Shown piece by piece: positions 1 to 13,075 of a stretch of 64,000 bases of DNA; positions within the stretch are counted from its first letter, which is position 1; every line of letters starts with the position of its first letter. The position numbers were made by a program, and so were the translations under genes. The notes under the pieces are model-generated. The model ran no database searches. It was not told the origin of the DNA and was given only the letters and a program-made list of their open reading frames with translations. Location of the stretch: the NCBI RefSeq assembly GCF_006345805.1, contig NC_043010.1, forward strand, positions 12,772,001 to 12,836,000, written 5' to 3'. This DNA is from Octopus sinensis (lineage: Eukaryota).

Positions 1-94
1 TTTCATACAGAAAGACAGATATATATATATACTTTTATATATATATAAACATATACATAATATATAAACTTTATATATATATGCATGCATATAT

Positions 95-239
95 GATGGG
101 CTTCTTTTAGTTTCCAACTACCAAATCTACTCACAAGTCTATAGTAGAAGACACTTGCACAAGGTGCCATACAGTAGGACTGAACTCGGAACCATGTGAT
201 CGAGAAGCAAGCTTCTTACCACATAGCCACATGTCTGCA

Positions 240-243
<4 letters not shown>
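95..243 (-). mobile_element. SINE family A, 5' (tRNA-like head) fragment, diverged
   Basis: Reverse complement aligns by eye to the head of the full-length family A copies (e.g. 2596-3009); adjacent to (TA)n. Confidence 0.75.
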
Positions 244-288
<45 letters not shown>

Positions 289-295
289 TATATAT

Positions 296-332
<37 letters not shown>

Positions 333-2237
333 GTATGTGTATGTGTATGTATGTTTGTATGTATACATAAATATATATATATATACACATATATATTTAC
401 ATGTATATGTGTGTGAGTTTATAGTCCCCATCATCATCTGACAACCAGTACTGGTTTATTTATGTCCCTATAACTTAACATTTTACAAAAGAGATTGATA
501 GAATAAGTACCAGGTTTTTAAAAATATATATACTTGGATTGATTTCTTCAAGGTGAAGTTCCAGTATGGCCAAAGGAAAAAGATGTAATTTGAATTAATG
601 TCGACAGTAATTAAAACTGAGATTTTCTGCTGCTTTTACTTCAAGTTTTGTGTTACTGCTTTTTGGCATTGTTGACATGTATTGCATTAAGTGAGCTTAT
701 GGAGGTCTTACATACTTGATCAAAATAAGAATTATAAATATCAAGATTGTAAGATTTAAATCTTATAATATAAAATTTAATACTTAAAACTATTTAAAAT
801 ATGATGGTTGACAGCATCGTCTTTTAAAAGAATTCAGGTGAAAAAACGAAAAGAATAAAGAATAAGAAAGATGTCAGAAAACTATATAGATGTAGACAAT
901 GGAAAAGAAAAAAGTGGAGAAACAGGAAAACGTGGGAAGAGTGTGGAAGAATGAAGAAAGATTAAGACAGGATAATGAGAAAAAGAAAGAAAAGACAGAG
1001 AGACAGATCTGTGAAAAGAAAAGGATGAAGCTGAAAGATGTTGATCACAGGAATCTGTATATCATTACTTTAAAACGTTTAGTAACTTAAGATACAATTG
1101 TGTAATATAGAAGAGTATCTATAAGGAAAGAAGGGAAAAATAAATACTAATATATAAATGTATGTAAATATATAAACATTGGTCCATGGAAAAGCAGGGA
1201 ATGAAAGAGAAGGTGATGTAAATGTATTATGCCTACGAGGCAGAGAAAAATTGATCATACATGTAGAGGAGTTGAAGGAGAAAAAGAAAAGAAAGTCACA
1301 ATAAGGTAAAAAAAGAAGAGGAAGAAAAAGAAAGAGAGGGAGAGAGAGAGAGAGGGACAAAGATATACATATTCACAGTTCAGAGAGAACAGCTGATCAG
1401 TACTTAAATAAAATAAAGTGAAATGGTGTACAAAACTCAATAGACAAAACTGATTCAAGTTCTTTTTTTCAATTATGAGAAAAGAGAAATCAGTTTACCA
1501 AGACTCTACTGTTTTGATATGAAATGCCTTTGAACAACACTGGACTAATAGAGAACCAGATGTGGATAAGGAAGCAGAACTCTAAAATATTCAAAGAATA
1601 TCTAAAGTACTCCAAGGAACTTCCAAAATAAAAATATCAAAGAATTTCATTGGAATTCCACTTACGTGAGTATATAATACATTAAGCCTGTAGGTAGAAT
1701 TTGTTTCTATAAAATGAACTTATTTGGTGGTGACATTTAGAAATGAGTTCATTCCTAGAATATAGCAAATTGACTGGAGGTGGCAATATGGAAAGTGCTT
1801 CACAACTAAACAAGCAGCATGATTTGGAACCACCACAATAGAGTTTTGAAAACTTAACCAGTATATCAAGTATCTAACAATATCCAGACATGATAGACAG
1901 GTGGTATTTCTTTTCTGTGGATGCCGAAAAGAATGCATATGTTGTGTGTATCTGCTCTTTAACCCTTTAGCATTTAAACCGGCCATATCCAGCCAAATGT
2001 ATTCTGCCTGTTTTATGTTCAAACTGGCCAGATCAGGTCTCTCACACCAACCCTACAATGTCGTTTTAAAAATTAACAGCTACCTCATCAAAATCTCAAA
2101 GCTACAAGATAATGCGTGATTAGTTCAAAGCAATGTGGATAAAGAAGTATTAATTTTGGCAGAATAATGTGAACACTAAAGGGTTAAGGTACATTCCTGT
2201 CAACCTTCAACAAATCTATTCGCAGTATTTTTCTTAC

Positions 2238-2314
2238 TTTTTCACAGAAACTGACAATAGGTGTTGTGGTGGTGTGAACACCTTTTCTATTCTCTGTAAA
2301 AAGAAAACCTGTAC
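2238..2314 (-). CDS. Candidate internal exon of an unidentified minus-strand gene ((G)TGFLFTENRKGVHTTTTPIVSFCEK)
   Basis: Long pyrimidine tract plus CAG acceptor (cattttcacttttcttttcatgttctcag), donor AAA|GTAAGA, 77 nt open in phase 1 to 0. No homology recognised. Confidence 0.35.
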
Positions 2315-2595
2315 CTGAGAACATGAAAAGAAAAGTGAAAATGATATCTATATATTTTAACTAATTATTAAAGTTATTTAAAGAGGATAATGCAACTCCC
2401 TTGAGCTACAATTTCTGAGTAATACAAGTGATATTTTTAAACAGTCAATTTAATTAATAAGTGTTTATTGTGTGCATTTCAGATTGCTGTTCAGTCAAGA
2501 GGGATATCTTTGTTGCAAAGGAAAGGCAATTTGCCTGTGACTTTAGATTGGACAATGAAAGTATGGCAATAGAGAGCCCGTATACTTGTATACAT

Positions 2596-2806
2596 TACTC
2601 TTTTACCCTTTTACTTGTTTCAGTCATTTGACTGCGGCCATGCTGGAGCATCGCCTTTAGTCGAGCAAATCGACCCCGGGACTTATTCTTTGTAAGCCCA
2701 GTACTTATTCTATTGGTTTCTTTTGCCGAACCGCTAAGTGACAGGGACGTAAACACACCAGCATCGGTTGTCAAGCAATGCTAGGGGACAAACACAGACA
2801 CACAAT

Positions 2807-2840
<34 letters not shown>

Positions 2841-3009
2841 CATATATACGACAGGCTTCTTTCAGTTTCCATCTACCAAATCCACTCACAAGGCATTGGT
2901 CGGCCCAGGGCTATAGCAGAAGACACTTGCCCAAGATGCCACGCAGTGGGACTGAACCCGCAACCATGTGGTTGGTTAGCAAGCTACTTACCACACAGCC
3001 ACTCCTGCG
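2596..3009 (-). mobile_element. SINE family A, full length (~410 bp; tRNA-like head, internal (TA)/(TG) tract, TAAAAGAG-type tail)
   Basis: Pol III A-box-like TGGCTGTGTGG and B-box-like GGTTCAGTCCC on the minus strand; near-identical copies recur throughout the window. Confidence 0.9.
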
Positions 3010-3792
3010 GCAATTTCATGAATGTTATTTAAGACAAACTGTCAACCAGGCTTAACAATCTCAAGAGCATGTTAAATTGCTTGTTGGGCTCCAGTTTGCA
3101 GGGAGAAACTGAACAATGAGCACAATAAGCCACAAATTACTACACTATTTTTCAAATAAGCATTTTCAATTGATGGAAAACTGGGTTCTTTATTTTCAGA
3201 GGTTTCTCACAGAGCAAACAGCAACAGTTCAGAAAGGGATCCGAAATGTTGATGAAATCTTTTTGTAAAGATATAGTGCAAATTATGTTTAAGAATGAGG
3301 GAGCTAATGAAACTAGAAAAATACTATGCTCAGCTAAGCCAGTATGTAGGTGAGGGTAAGTAGTTGCAATGACAAAAGATGTATATGAGAATATTTATAA
3401 GAGATTGAAAGAATTATTACCTGTCCTTCAAGTTGACGATATGATGGGCACAATTAAGAAATGTCACTTTACCAGTTTTTATTCTAGATAAGTAAATTTG
3501 TGGCTATCCATACATACATAAAGGCATGTCCTTTATGACCATGCTCTCCTCACCTTCTCTCAGCTGAAAAGTCTTTGTCTTGCGAGCTCATTGGTGCTGG
3601 AACCACATAATAAGCACCCGGGGCACTTTGCAAATTGGTTGGCATTGAGGAAGGGCATCCAGTCCTAGAAGCCTTGCCAAAACAAACAGCTGGAACCAGT
3701 GCAGCTCTCTGGCTGGCCAGCTCCTGCCAAACAATTCAACCCATGCCAGCATGGAAAACAAACGCCAAATAATGAAGATAATGATAGAAACT

Positions 3793-3955
3793 GTAGAAAC
3801 TCTGTCAGATCAAGATTGGAGCCTGGTGCAGCCATCTGGTTCGCCAGCCCTCAGTCAAAATCGTCCAACCCATGCTAGCATGGAAAGCGGACATTAAACG
3901 ATGATGATGATCATGATGATGGTGATGGTGATGATAATGGTGATGATGATGATGG
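3793..3955 (+). mobile_element. RTE-type LINE 3' end with (GAT)n tail
   Basis: Matches the 3' terminus of the 32529-33090 element; ends in gatgatgat repeats. Confidence 0.7.
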
Positions 3956-3995
3956 TAACATATCCGACCAATATTTATTCAAGGAAATCAAAACA

Positions 3996-4386
3996 ACTCT
4001 TTTACTTGTTTCAGTCATTTGACTGCGGCCATGCTGGAGCACCGCCTTTAGTCGAGCAAATCGACCCCGGGACTTATTCTTTGTAAGCCCAGTACTTATT
4101 CTATCGGTCTCTTTTGCCAAACCGCTAAGTAACGGGGACGTAAACACACCAGCATCAGTTGTCAAGCAATGCTAGGGGGACAAACACACACACACATACA
4201 CGTATATACATATATATACATATATACGACAGGCTTCTTTCAGTTTCCGTCTACCAAATCCACTCACAAGGCATTGGTCGGCCCGAGGCTATAACAGAAG
4301 ACACTTGCCCAAGACGCCACACAGTGGGACTGAACCCGGAACCATGTGGTTGGTTAGCAAGCTACTTACCACACAGCCACTCCTGT
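3996..4386 (-). mobile_element. SINE family A, full length
   Basis: Same head, body and tail as 2596-3009. Confidence 0.9.
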
Positions 4387-4828
4387 CTAGTGTTGACTGT
4401 CAGAAGAATGGGTACTAAGACTCGTAGTAGAGATTAATAATACTTTTATTTAAGAGACTGACACAGCCAAAATGAAAAAAATTGTTTATATATATATAAA
4501 TATATTGTGTGTGCGTGTGTGTATGTATGTGTGTGCATGTACCTCATAATGTCCTTTTAAAGTTCATTTTTCTCTCTTGGTCGGAATGGGTAGAAAAGTT
4601 AGTTCTATTATTTACTGATAAATTGCAACTATGTATTTACACACACACACACACACATGCTTTGTTTTTCTGTTGTGTATATGTGTGTGTATGTGTGTGT
4701 GTGTGTGTCTGTGTGTCTATGTGTCTGTGCTTAGCTGTTTGTAAGTAATTGCATGACTAGCAGGAAATGTAGCAGTGAGTGAGAAAGCGAGAGTGAGAGA
4801 GAGAACCAAAGAAAGAAAAGAAATGTAT

Positions 4829-4866
<38 letters not shown>

Positions 4867-5377
4867 CAAAGAAAGAAAAGAAAAGAAATGTATGAAAGAG
4901 AGATAGATGCTTTCTCTCGCATACACAATAGCAATATCTTGATATCTAGTCATGCCAGTTTGCACCATATTGATACATACTTGCATGCCAATTAATCAAA
5001 CCTTGTGTAAGACAGAATCTTGGAGCAGCAAGTTCTCAATATTGTGTTCCTGTACAATATATAATTGGCCGTACTGAGCATTTTTTTTTTCTCCTTTTGT
5101 TTTGTGCTTCATTTTTGTTATTTTCATATATTTTATTTTCTTTTCTTACCACAGAAAGGACAGTTTTGTTATGTGTCCATCCATTGTGGAACAGTGTAAA
5201 GCCTTGTTGCATGAAATGAAGTTGTTTCTCTATTAATCACAACATGACTAAATCTAGGTTATTTATGAGTTTTTAGGGACAGACACTCTCCTTCTATACA
5301 TATACATATATATATCTATATATCTATATATATATATATCTATATATATATCTATATATCTATATATATATACATAT

Positions 5378-5408
<31 letters not shown>

Positions 5409-5890
5409 GTATGTTGCAACAATCTATGCTTTCTACCATTATATGCACAATGTCAAGTTACCTGCTAAAATATAGCATAGGCGGAGTCTTTTGTTCTGTT
5501 TCATTCTTTTATATATATATATTTTTTTCATTTATTTATTTATTCTTTTTTTTTTCTAATCAATCACGAAAGCCGCCTGATTACACAGCAAAAGAAAGCG
5601 TTGGACACGTTACAGTATGAGTCAAAAAGCATAAGATATAAGCTATTGCGATCCATGCATGTTTTATTATCTCAGTAAAAACACTACAGATGCAGTCTCG
5701 GTTCACTTTTTGTATTATTTATGCAGAAGTTACAACCGTGGTGCTCGTATGTTATGAACCTACCATCTGCAAGAGTTTTGTGGTTTTCGTAAAAGTGTGT
5801 GAACTTGATGAATTTCACATCTCTCTAAAATTGGTTCTTGTTTTTGGGGCTCTGTTTTATTAAAGGTGTTTAATAAGAATTACATCTCAC

Positions 5891-5930
5891 CTGTGAAGAA
5901 TGTATTGCAACGTAACCAAACAGTTATTAG
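5891..5930 (-). CDS. Candidate 40 nt exon (LITVWLRCNTFFT in phase 0 to 1)
   Basis: Acceptor tttacacttttag and donor CAG|GTGAGA; open in two frames; the phase 0-1 reading is compatible with 2238-2314. Short enough to be chance. Confidence 0.22.
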
Positions 5931-6156
5931 CTAAAAGTGTAAATATGAATACAACAATACACGCATAGACGTACACATACAGATCAATTGTTAGTTACAA
6001 ACACATAAGAATACAAATACATACATATACATACATATGTGTGTGTATGTGTGTATGTATAGTTTCTGTTGCTTGGGTAATCTAATTATCAACGGTGGAG
6101 GATGCTGTGAAGGTAAGAACAGGCTTGAGAAAGTTTGAGGAGTTACTACCTCTATT

Positions 6157-6567
6157 TACTCTTTTACTCTTTTACTTGTTTCAGTCATTTGACTGCGGCC
6201 ATGCTGCAGCACCGCCTTTAATCGAGCAACTCGACCCCGGGACTTATTCTTTTGTAAGCCCAGTACTTATTCTATCGGTCTCTTTTGCCGAACCGCTAAG
6301 TAACGGGGACATAAACACACCAGCATCAGTTGTCAAGCAATGCTAGGGGGACAAACACAGACACACAAACACACACGCGCATATATATATATACATATAT
6401 ACGACAGGCTTCTTTCAGTTTCTGTCTACCAAATCCACTCACAAGGCTTTGGTCGGCCTGTGGCTATAGTAGAAGACACTTGCCCAAGGTGCCATGCAGT
6501 GGGACTGAACCCGGAACCATGTGGCTGGTAAACAAGCTACTTACCACACAGCCACTCCTGTGCCTAT
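6157..6567 (-). mobile_element. SINE family A, full length
   Basis: Same head, body and tail as 2596-3009. Confidence 0.9.
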
Positions 6568-6589
6568 ATTGGTAACTAAAGGATTCTGT

Positions 6590-6980
6590 TTCAGTGTGAC
6601 AAAAAAGAAAAAGAAGCTGTATGATGCTTGTATCCAAACTAATAATGCTAGTTAGTAGTGAGACACGGGTCCTGGATGTAGAGGACCTGCAAAGATGAGA
6701 AATAAATGAAGCAGGTATGTTCTGCTGGATGTGTAATGTCAGTGTGATGAATGAAAAAATGCAAATGTATTGAGAGAAAAACAAGTCTTAAGGGGAATCA
6801 GAAAGAAGATGGCATTAATTTTCTTGTTTTGCCAAGTGCTACATACGGATCAGGATAGTTGTCTAAAGAAGGGCTGATTGCCTGGATGGAACCTGTGGAT
6901 GAGAAAGATCCAGGAAGATCTAGGATGTGGCAGCTAATCTTAGGATGCTGAGCTTCAAGGAGGAAATGACAAATGACTGA
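6590..6980 (+). pseudogene. Degenerate RTE-clade LINE ORF2 C-terminal fragment
   Basis: Broken translation KKLYDACIQT...SETRVLDVEDLQR*EINEAGMFCWMCNVSV resembles the RTE post-RT region; stops and frameshifts present. Confidence 0.6.
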
Positions 6981-7439
6981 AATGATTGACCGTAAGCAGT
7001 GCTCAAGAACACTCATTAAGCTGTTTTGTCATTACAGCATGACTGATGTTCTAAAAGCATAATGTATACACACACAACTGAGGTAGCGGAAACATGTGTA
7101 TGCCCACTATGCACACAGATGGGTCCCTCACCAGGGTTTATATAAAGCTTACAATTGCGGGATTTTTTTCAGTTCTCTCTTGAAGAAGCACAGTTTCCTG
7201 GCAGGGGGTGGGAGGAGCCACTTCCTGAAGTCACTTCCTACTGACACCTACCATCCATATATCTACCAATATTTTTACCATTGTCCATCTAAACCCTTCT
7301 TCTATCTATTTCTCACTCTCCCTGCTATACTCTCACAATGTTTAACTCTGCCCTTCATTTCCTTGTCATTCAATCCTTCCAGCACTCTCTCCACCATATT
7401 ATTTCTGCTGCTGTAAGCAATTAAATTAAAACCCCTTTT

Positions 7440-7700
7440 CATCATCATCATCATCATCATCGTTTAGCGTCCGCTTTCTATGTTAGCATGGGTTGGACGG
7501 TTCAACTGGGGTCTGGGAAGCCAGAAGACTGCACCAGGCTCCAGTCTGATCTGGCAGTGTTTCTACAGCTGGATGCCCTTCCTAACGCCAACCACTCCAT
7601 GAGTGTAGTGGGTGCTTTTTACGTGCCACCAGCACAGGTGCCAGACGAGTCTGGCAAACGGCCACGATCGGATGGTGCTTTTTATATTACCATTTCTTTA
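7440..7700 (-). mobile_element. RTE-type LINE 3' UTR fragment with (GAT)n tail
   Basis: catcatcat...cgtttagcgtccgc...ggatgcccttcctaacgccaac; same sequence as the 3' part of 32529-33090. Confidence 0.8.
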
Positions 7701-7709
7701 CTGCCAGTC

Positions 7710-7776
<67 letters not shown>

Positions 7777-8360
7777 CCTCTTTTCTCTCTCTCTCCCTCT
7801 CCTCAGAACAACTCATAATTGACATCCATCCATCCATCCACCATTCTTATCACACAACCTACCACTCATATTTACTATTGATCACCCCAACACTTGTTCA
7901 CCACTCACTACATTCACCCCTTATATGCATCTGACCACTGCCGTCTCATGTTTACATCCATCTCTCACTCTCACTCTCACTCACACTCTTGCAACTTTAC
8001 TCACCCCGACTGATTCTCCTGTTTCAATATTCTCTCTTTTTGAACATTATTTCTTTGAAGATACATTCTTGCATCTCATCACCATCATATATACCTCTCT
8101 TTGTGGCACTGGTCTGTCCACCCACATCCAAACAAGTAAAACGTGTAATAATTATGAATCGCTCCCACAACAAGCTTGTTCCCAGACCCCGGTCAAACCG
8201 TTCAACCTGTGCTAGCACGGAAAATGGATGTTAAATGATGATGATGAATAGAGATATCATTATTCTATTTTTCAAAACCAGTAGATGTATTCCACTGAAT
8301 TTAGGTAAATAATCCTTCGAACAGACGGTTAGTAGCAATGCCTGCTGGGTTCGACTGCTC

Positions 8361-8399
8361 TGCATTGATAAGGGGCAAATACCCTGAAACTAGTCTGCA
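8361..8399 (+). ncRNA. Degenerate minimal type I hammerhead ribozyme-like motif
   Basis: TGCA-TTGATAA-GGGG(CAAATA)CCCT-GAAAC-TA-GTC-TGCA: stem I, mutated CUGANGA core, stem II, GAAAC and GUC site in the correct order. Confidence 0.5.
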
Positions 8400-8589
8400 A
8401 ATGCCTGACCAGCAAGGGGAAGCAGCTGACCTCCTCTGTTCGAAGGTTATAATGGACACAGGTTCGTGTGTTACGTAGCTAGCTAGAGGTGATGGCCTCT
8501 TGGAGCTAATCAATGGCAGCATTCATCCTATATTTGTGCACTGCCATATTAGCTTGCTGATAACTATCAATATATATATATATATATAT

Positions 8590-9566
8590 AATTCATAAAT
8601 GAGGGCAAAGGAAAAAAATTCTAATGCCAAATATGTGAAAGATTTAGGCATCCACATGGGAACCAACCTAAAATTCAGAGAACACCTTGACTCAGTCTGT
8701 CTTACTGCAAGAAAGTACAGCGGGTGGATCTTGCGCACCTTCAAATCAAGAGATACCTCAACAATGAAAACCCTCTGGAACAGTATGATACTTCCGAGGA
8801 TTGACTACTGTTCTCAGTTGTGGTCACCAACAACAAAAGGCCAACTATCTAAGATAGAATCGCTCCAAAGAAATTTTACCTCATACTTCTCAGAAACGAG
8901 GGACCTGGACTATTGGCAAAGACTCAAAACCTTGAGGATGTACTCAATAGAAAGAAGATTTGAGCGATACCGAATTATATACATTTGGAAAATGATAGAG
9001 CAGAAGGTGCCAAACTTTGGTATCAAAACCTACCACTCACTGCGCCACGGAAGACGCTGTCAGCTGCCACCAATCAACAAAAAGGCTGGCCAGGCAGCAA
9101 AAACCCTGCGAGAATCAAGTCTGTTGGTTCGAGGAGCACAACTGTTCAACTCCATTCCGGTACATGTCAGAAATCTATCAGGATGCAGTGTGGAATCATT
9201 CAAATTGCAACTGGATAGATACTTAAGCACCATTAGAGATGAACCCCATCTCCCAGGATATACACAACGAGCACAAACTGACTCAAACTCGCTCCTACAC
9301 ATGTCAAAATTAAGCAGAGAATACAACCTGGCAACCACACCAGACTCTGAGGGTGGAGTCTTCGACTTGGCCTGAGCATGGACTCAAACCCAAATGAAAT
9401 GAAATGAAATGAAAATGCCGAAAAATTGGACATATTGTCCATTAACCATATAATTTTTTCACAATACGCATGCTGGGGAAAAAATTATATGGTTAATGGA
9501 CAATATGTCCAATTTTTTGGCATATTTGGCATTAGAATTTTTTTCCTTTGCCCTCATTTATGAATT
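8590..9566. repeat. ~195 bp foldback palindrome split by a LINE insertion
   Basis: 8590-8635 is the perfect reverse complement of 9521-9566; 9418-9460 pairs with 9478-9520 (1 mismatch) around a 17 nt loop. Confidence 0.9.
8636..9417 (+). mobile_element. 5'-truncated CR1-group non-LTR retrotransposon (RT C-terminus, stop at 9375, (AAATG)n tail)
   Basis: Uninterrupted frame VKDLGIHM...ILPRIDYCSQLWSP...IESLQRNFT...YWQRLKTLRMYSIERRFERY...LFNSIP, typical of CR1/L2-group ORF2 ends; tail repeats at 9392-9417. Confidence 0.9.
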
Positions 9567-10376
9567 GTTTATAAATTTAACCGTTAAAGGTATTTTTTAA
9601 TATGCTGGCCCTTGATAAAATTTCTTTCGAGAAAATATTTTTCGAAAAGAATTTTATCCTCACATTTGATATATATATATATATGAACGCTATTTCTGTG
9701 AACATCTACCAGAGGTGAAGCATTAATTCACTGTCAGCCTGTCTTTCATTCCACTACTATACAGCTTGTGCACTCAAATATCACACTAAATATACTATAT
9801 AAGTATGTGAGTGTATGTATGTATATGTGTGTGTGCGTGTGTGTGTGGAGCAAGAGAGAGAGATGGATCAATGGAGAGATAGATAGATAGATAGATGCAT
9901 ATATACATACATCTATACATACACACATACACACATGCTACATGCATACATATAAAATATAGATGCAAACACACTCACACACACATATACACACACATAT
10001 ACACACACTTATATCGATCTCGCCGTCTTTTGTCCATGTCCAGAGAACTTACAGTTAGCCGTGCTATATTGTGTGTTTTTTTTTAACACTACCACACACA
10101 CACACACACACATACACACACACATACACACAACAATCATCACACCAATTAACTTCATTCTCTCTAAATACAAGGCCTTAATGACTTACTCACTGCCCTC
10201 TTTGTGTTCTGCCATCACCAACCATTATACTAACTTTGACATTGTCATTTCCATTATCCTCCGCTTTACCTATTCCGTTTGATCAGCCAGATATAGTTCT
10301 CACTTTTATTGTATCATCCCCCACCTCCACGGCTCCTTTGTTTGTTTCTTTATCACATTATCCATATATTTTTTTG

Positions 10377-10436
10377 CTGTCATCATCATTATCATTATCA
10401 TTATCATCATCATCATCATTATTATTATTAGTAGTA

Positions 10437-10472
<36 letters not shown>

Positions 10473-10736
10473 GTATTAGTAATATTATTATTATTATTAT
10501 TAGTAGTAATATTATTATTATTAGTAGTAGTATTAGTAATATTATTATTATTATTATTATTATTAGTAATATTATTATTATTATTAGTATTAGTAATATT
10601 ATTATTATTAGTAATATTATTATTATTATTAGTAATATTATTATTATTATTAGTATTAGTAATATTATTATTATTAGTAGTAGTATTAGTAATATTATTA
10701 TTATTATTATTATTATTATTAGTATTAGTATTAGTA

Positions 10737-10769
<33 letters not shown>

Positions 10770-10863
10770 GTATTAGTATTAGTATTTTTATTATTATTAT
10801 TATTATTAGTAGTAGTAGTATTAGTATTAGTATTTTTATTATTATTAGTATTATTATTATTAT
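10377..10863. repeat. Compound (TAT/TAG)n microsatellite with higher-order units
   Basis: Seen directly: tattattat runs punctuated by tagtattagtaat. Confidence 0.95.
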
Positions 10864-11057
10864 ATATCAAAGGTAGTCATTTTCTGTCACTGCCCCCTAG
10901 CTGCTTTCCTCCCTCTGAGATTGGATCCTGATATTATAGGTCATCAGTACCATTATCTACTGGAATATTATTAAACCTTTTTTTTTTTTCATATCTTTTT
11001 TGAGGACATCATTGAACCAGTTGATACCACACTGATACCATACTACAGAAACTACTA

Positions 11058-11098
<41 letters not shown>

Positions 11099-11966
11099 AC
11101 TACTACTACCACCTCCACCGCAACCACTGTCACCATCTTCACTACAACATATATTATCACCACCACTACTACTACTACCTCCAGCATCATGACTACCACC
11201 ACTGTCACCATCTTCACTACTACTATTACTACTACTACTACTACTACTATTACTACTACCACCACCACAACCACCAGTACCAGCACCAACTCATCATCAT
11301 CATCAATACAACCATCATTGCCATCACTACCACCACTACTACTACCACTCCTAAATCACCTCTAACTACTACTCAAGCCACCACCATCACCACCACCAAT
11401 ACAACCACCTCCATCACAGTTACTGTTGAAAAGTGATACCCTGTGGCTCTGAGGTAAAGATGATGGAGTTATGACAACCTGATCTTGAGTTCAAACCATA
11501 CTACCTCCTCTATTTGGTGCTCTGGGGTAAGTTACCCAACTCAGTTTACATCAGTTTGTCTGGCTGGTGTAAACCTAAAAGTCCTGCTGTTGTTGTTGTT
11601 GTTGTTGCTGTTATTCCTGTTGTTGTTTAGCTCCAAGCTTGCACTGATTGTGCAAATCTACAATCAAAAGCACTCCACTTATGACAACCCAATCTTAATT
11701 TCAAACATCGTCTGTCTAGGAGGACTGTAAGAATGATTGCACAATTGTATACTGGCTCAAGTTTTTTAAGTCAATTTTTAACTAACATGTACAAGGTGGC
11801 ATCAAAATTTTCCCAGACAAGTTCTGTAGCACACCAACAGATGGCAGCACATAGTTCCGTGCCCAGTGAGAGCTAGCAATGACCTTCATGAGGCAGTGTG
11901 CCAAGTGACACCACTGTAATTACTTCGGAAGGTGTGAAATCTGTGCTTTCCCAATCATGTGCAGGA

Positions 11967-12447
11967 GTGCAGGAGTGGCTGTGTGGTAAGTAGCTTGTTT
12001 ACCAGCCACATGGTTCTGGGTTCAGTCCCACTGCATGGCATCTTGGGCAAATGTCTTCTGCTATAGCCTCGGGCCGACCAATGCCTTGTGAGTGGATTTG
12101 GTAGACGGAAACTGAAAAGAAGCCTGTCGTATATATGTATATATATATAAGTGTGTGTGTATATGTTTGTGTAGACGGAAACTGAAAGAAGCCTGTCGTA
12201 TATATGTATGTGTATGTATATGTTTATGTGTCTGTGTTTGTCCCTCTAGCATTGCTTGACAACCGATGCTGGTGTGTTTACGTCCCCGTCACCTAGCGGT
12301 TCGGCAAAAGAGACCGATAGAATAAGTACTGGGCTTACAAAGAATAAGTCCCGGGGTTGATTTGCTCGACTAAGGGTGGTGCTCCAGCATGGCCGCAGTC
12401 AAATGACTGAAACAAGTAAAAGAGTAAAAAGAGAGAGTAAAAGAGTA
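11967..12447 (+). mobile_element. SINE family A with an internal ~70 bp tandem duplication
   Basis: The segment gtagacggaaactgaaa(a)gaagcctgtcgtatatatgtat...tgtttgt occurs twice (~12101 and ~12171). Confidence 0.9.
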
Positions 12448-12678
12448 TGTGTATGTTGTATTCTGCAACTTTTATCATGGATAGGCTTCAAAAGGGCGCA
12501 TTTATTTATTTATTTATTTTTACATGTAAAAAAAGGATGGATGGTCGCAGCTGGTATGCATTTGGTAATAAGTTTCCTCAAACTGAACTGGCCTAGAGCT
12601 GAACAAAAAATAAAAACAACCATGGAAACAGAAGTTTGATGGACTGAATATAAGCTGTGAATTAGAGAAAGGAATACA

Positions 12679-13075
12679 TACTCTTTTACTCTTTACTCTT
12701 TTACTTGTTTCAGTCATTTGACTGCGGCCATGCTGGAGCACCGCCTTTAGTCGAGCAAATCGACCTCGGGACTTATTCTTTGTAAGCCCAGTACTTATTC
12801 TATCAGTCTCTTTTGCTGAACCGCTAAGTGACGGGGACGTAAACACACCACACATCAGTTGTCAAGCAATGCTAGGGGGACAAACACACACACAAACACA
12901 TATATATATATATATACATATATACGACAGGCTTCTTTCAGTTTCCGTCTACCAAATCCACTCACAAGGCATTGGTCGGCCAGGGGCTATAGCAGAAGAC
13001 ACTAGCCCAAGATGCCATGCAGTGGGACTGAACCCGGAACCATGCTACTTACCACACAGCCACTCCTGCGCCTAT
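12679..13075 (-). mobile_element. SINE family A, near full length
   Basis: Same body; tail-to-tail with the 11967-12447 copy. Confidence 0.9.

Noticed and set aside
2768-3055. Apparent multicopy small-protein family (MSSNARG.../MLGGQTQTH...) at many loci
   Set aside because: All lie within the antisense strand of SINE family A, with variable frames and stops.
10236-10931. Poly-Leu/Ile/Val (231 aa) and poly-Asn (170 aa) ORFs
   Set aside because: Simple (TAT)n repeat read on opposite strands.
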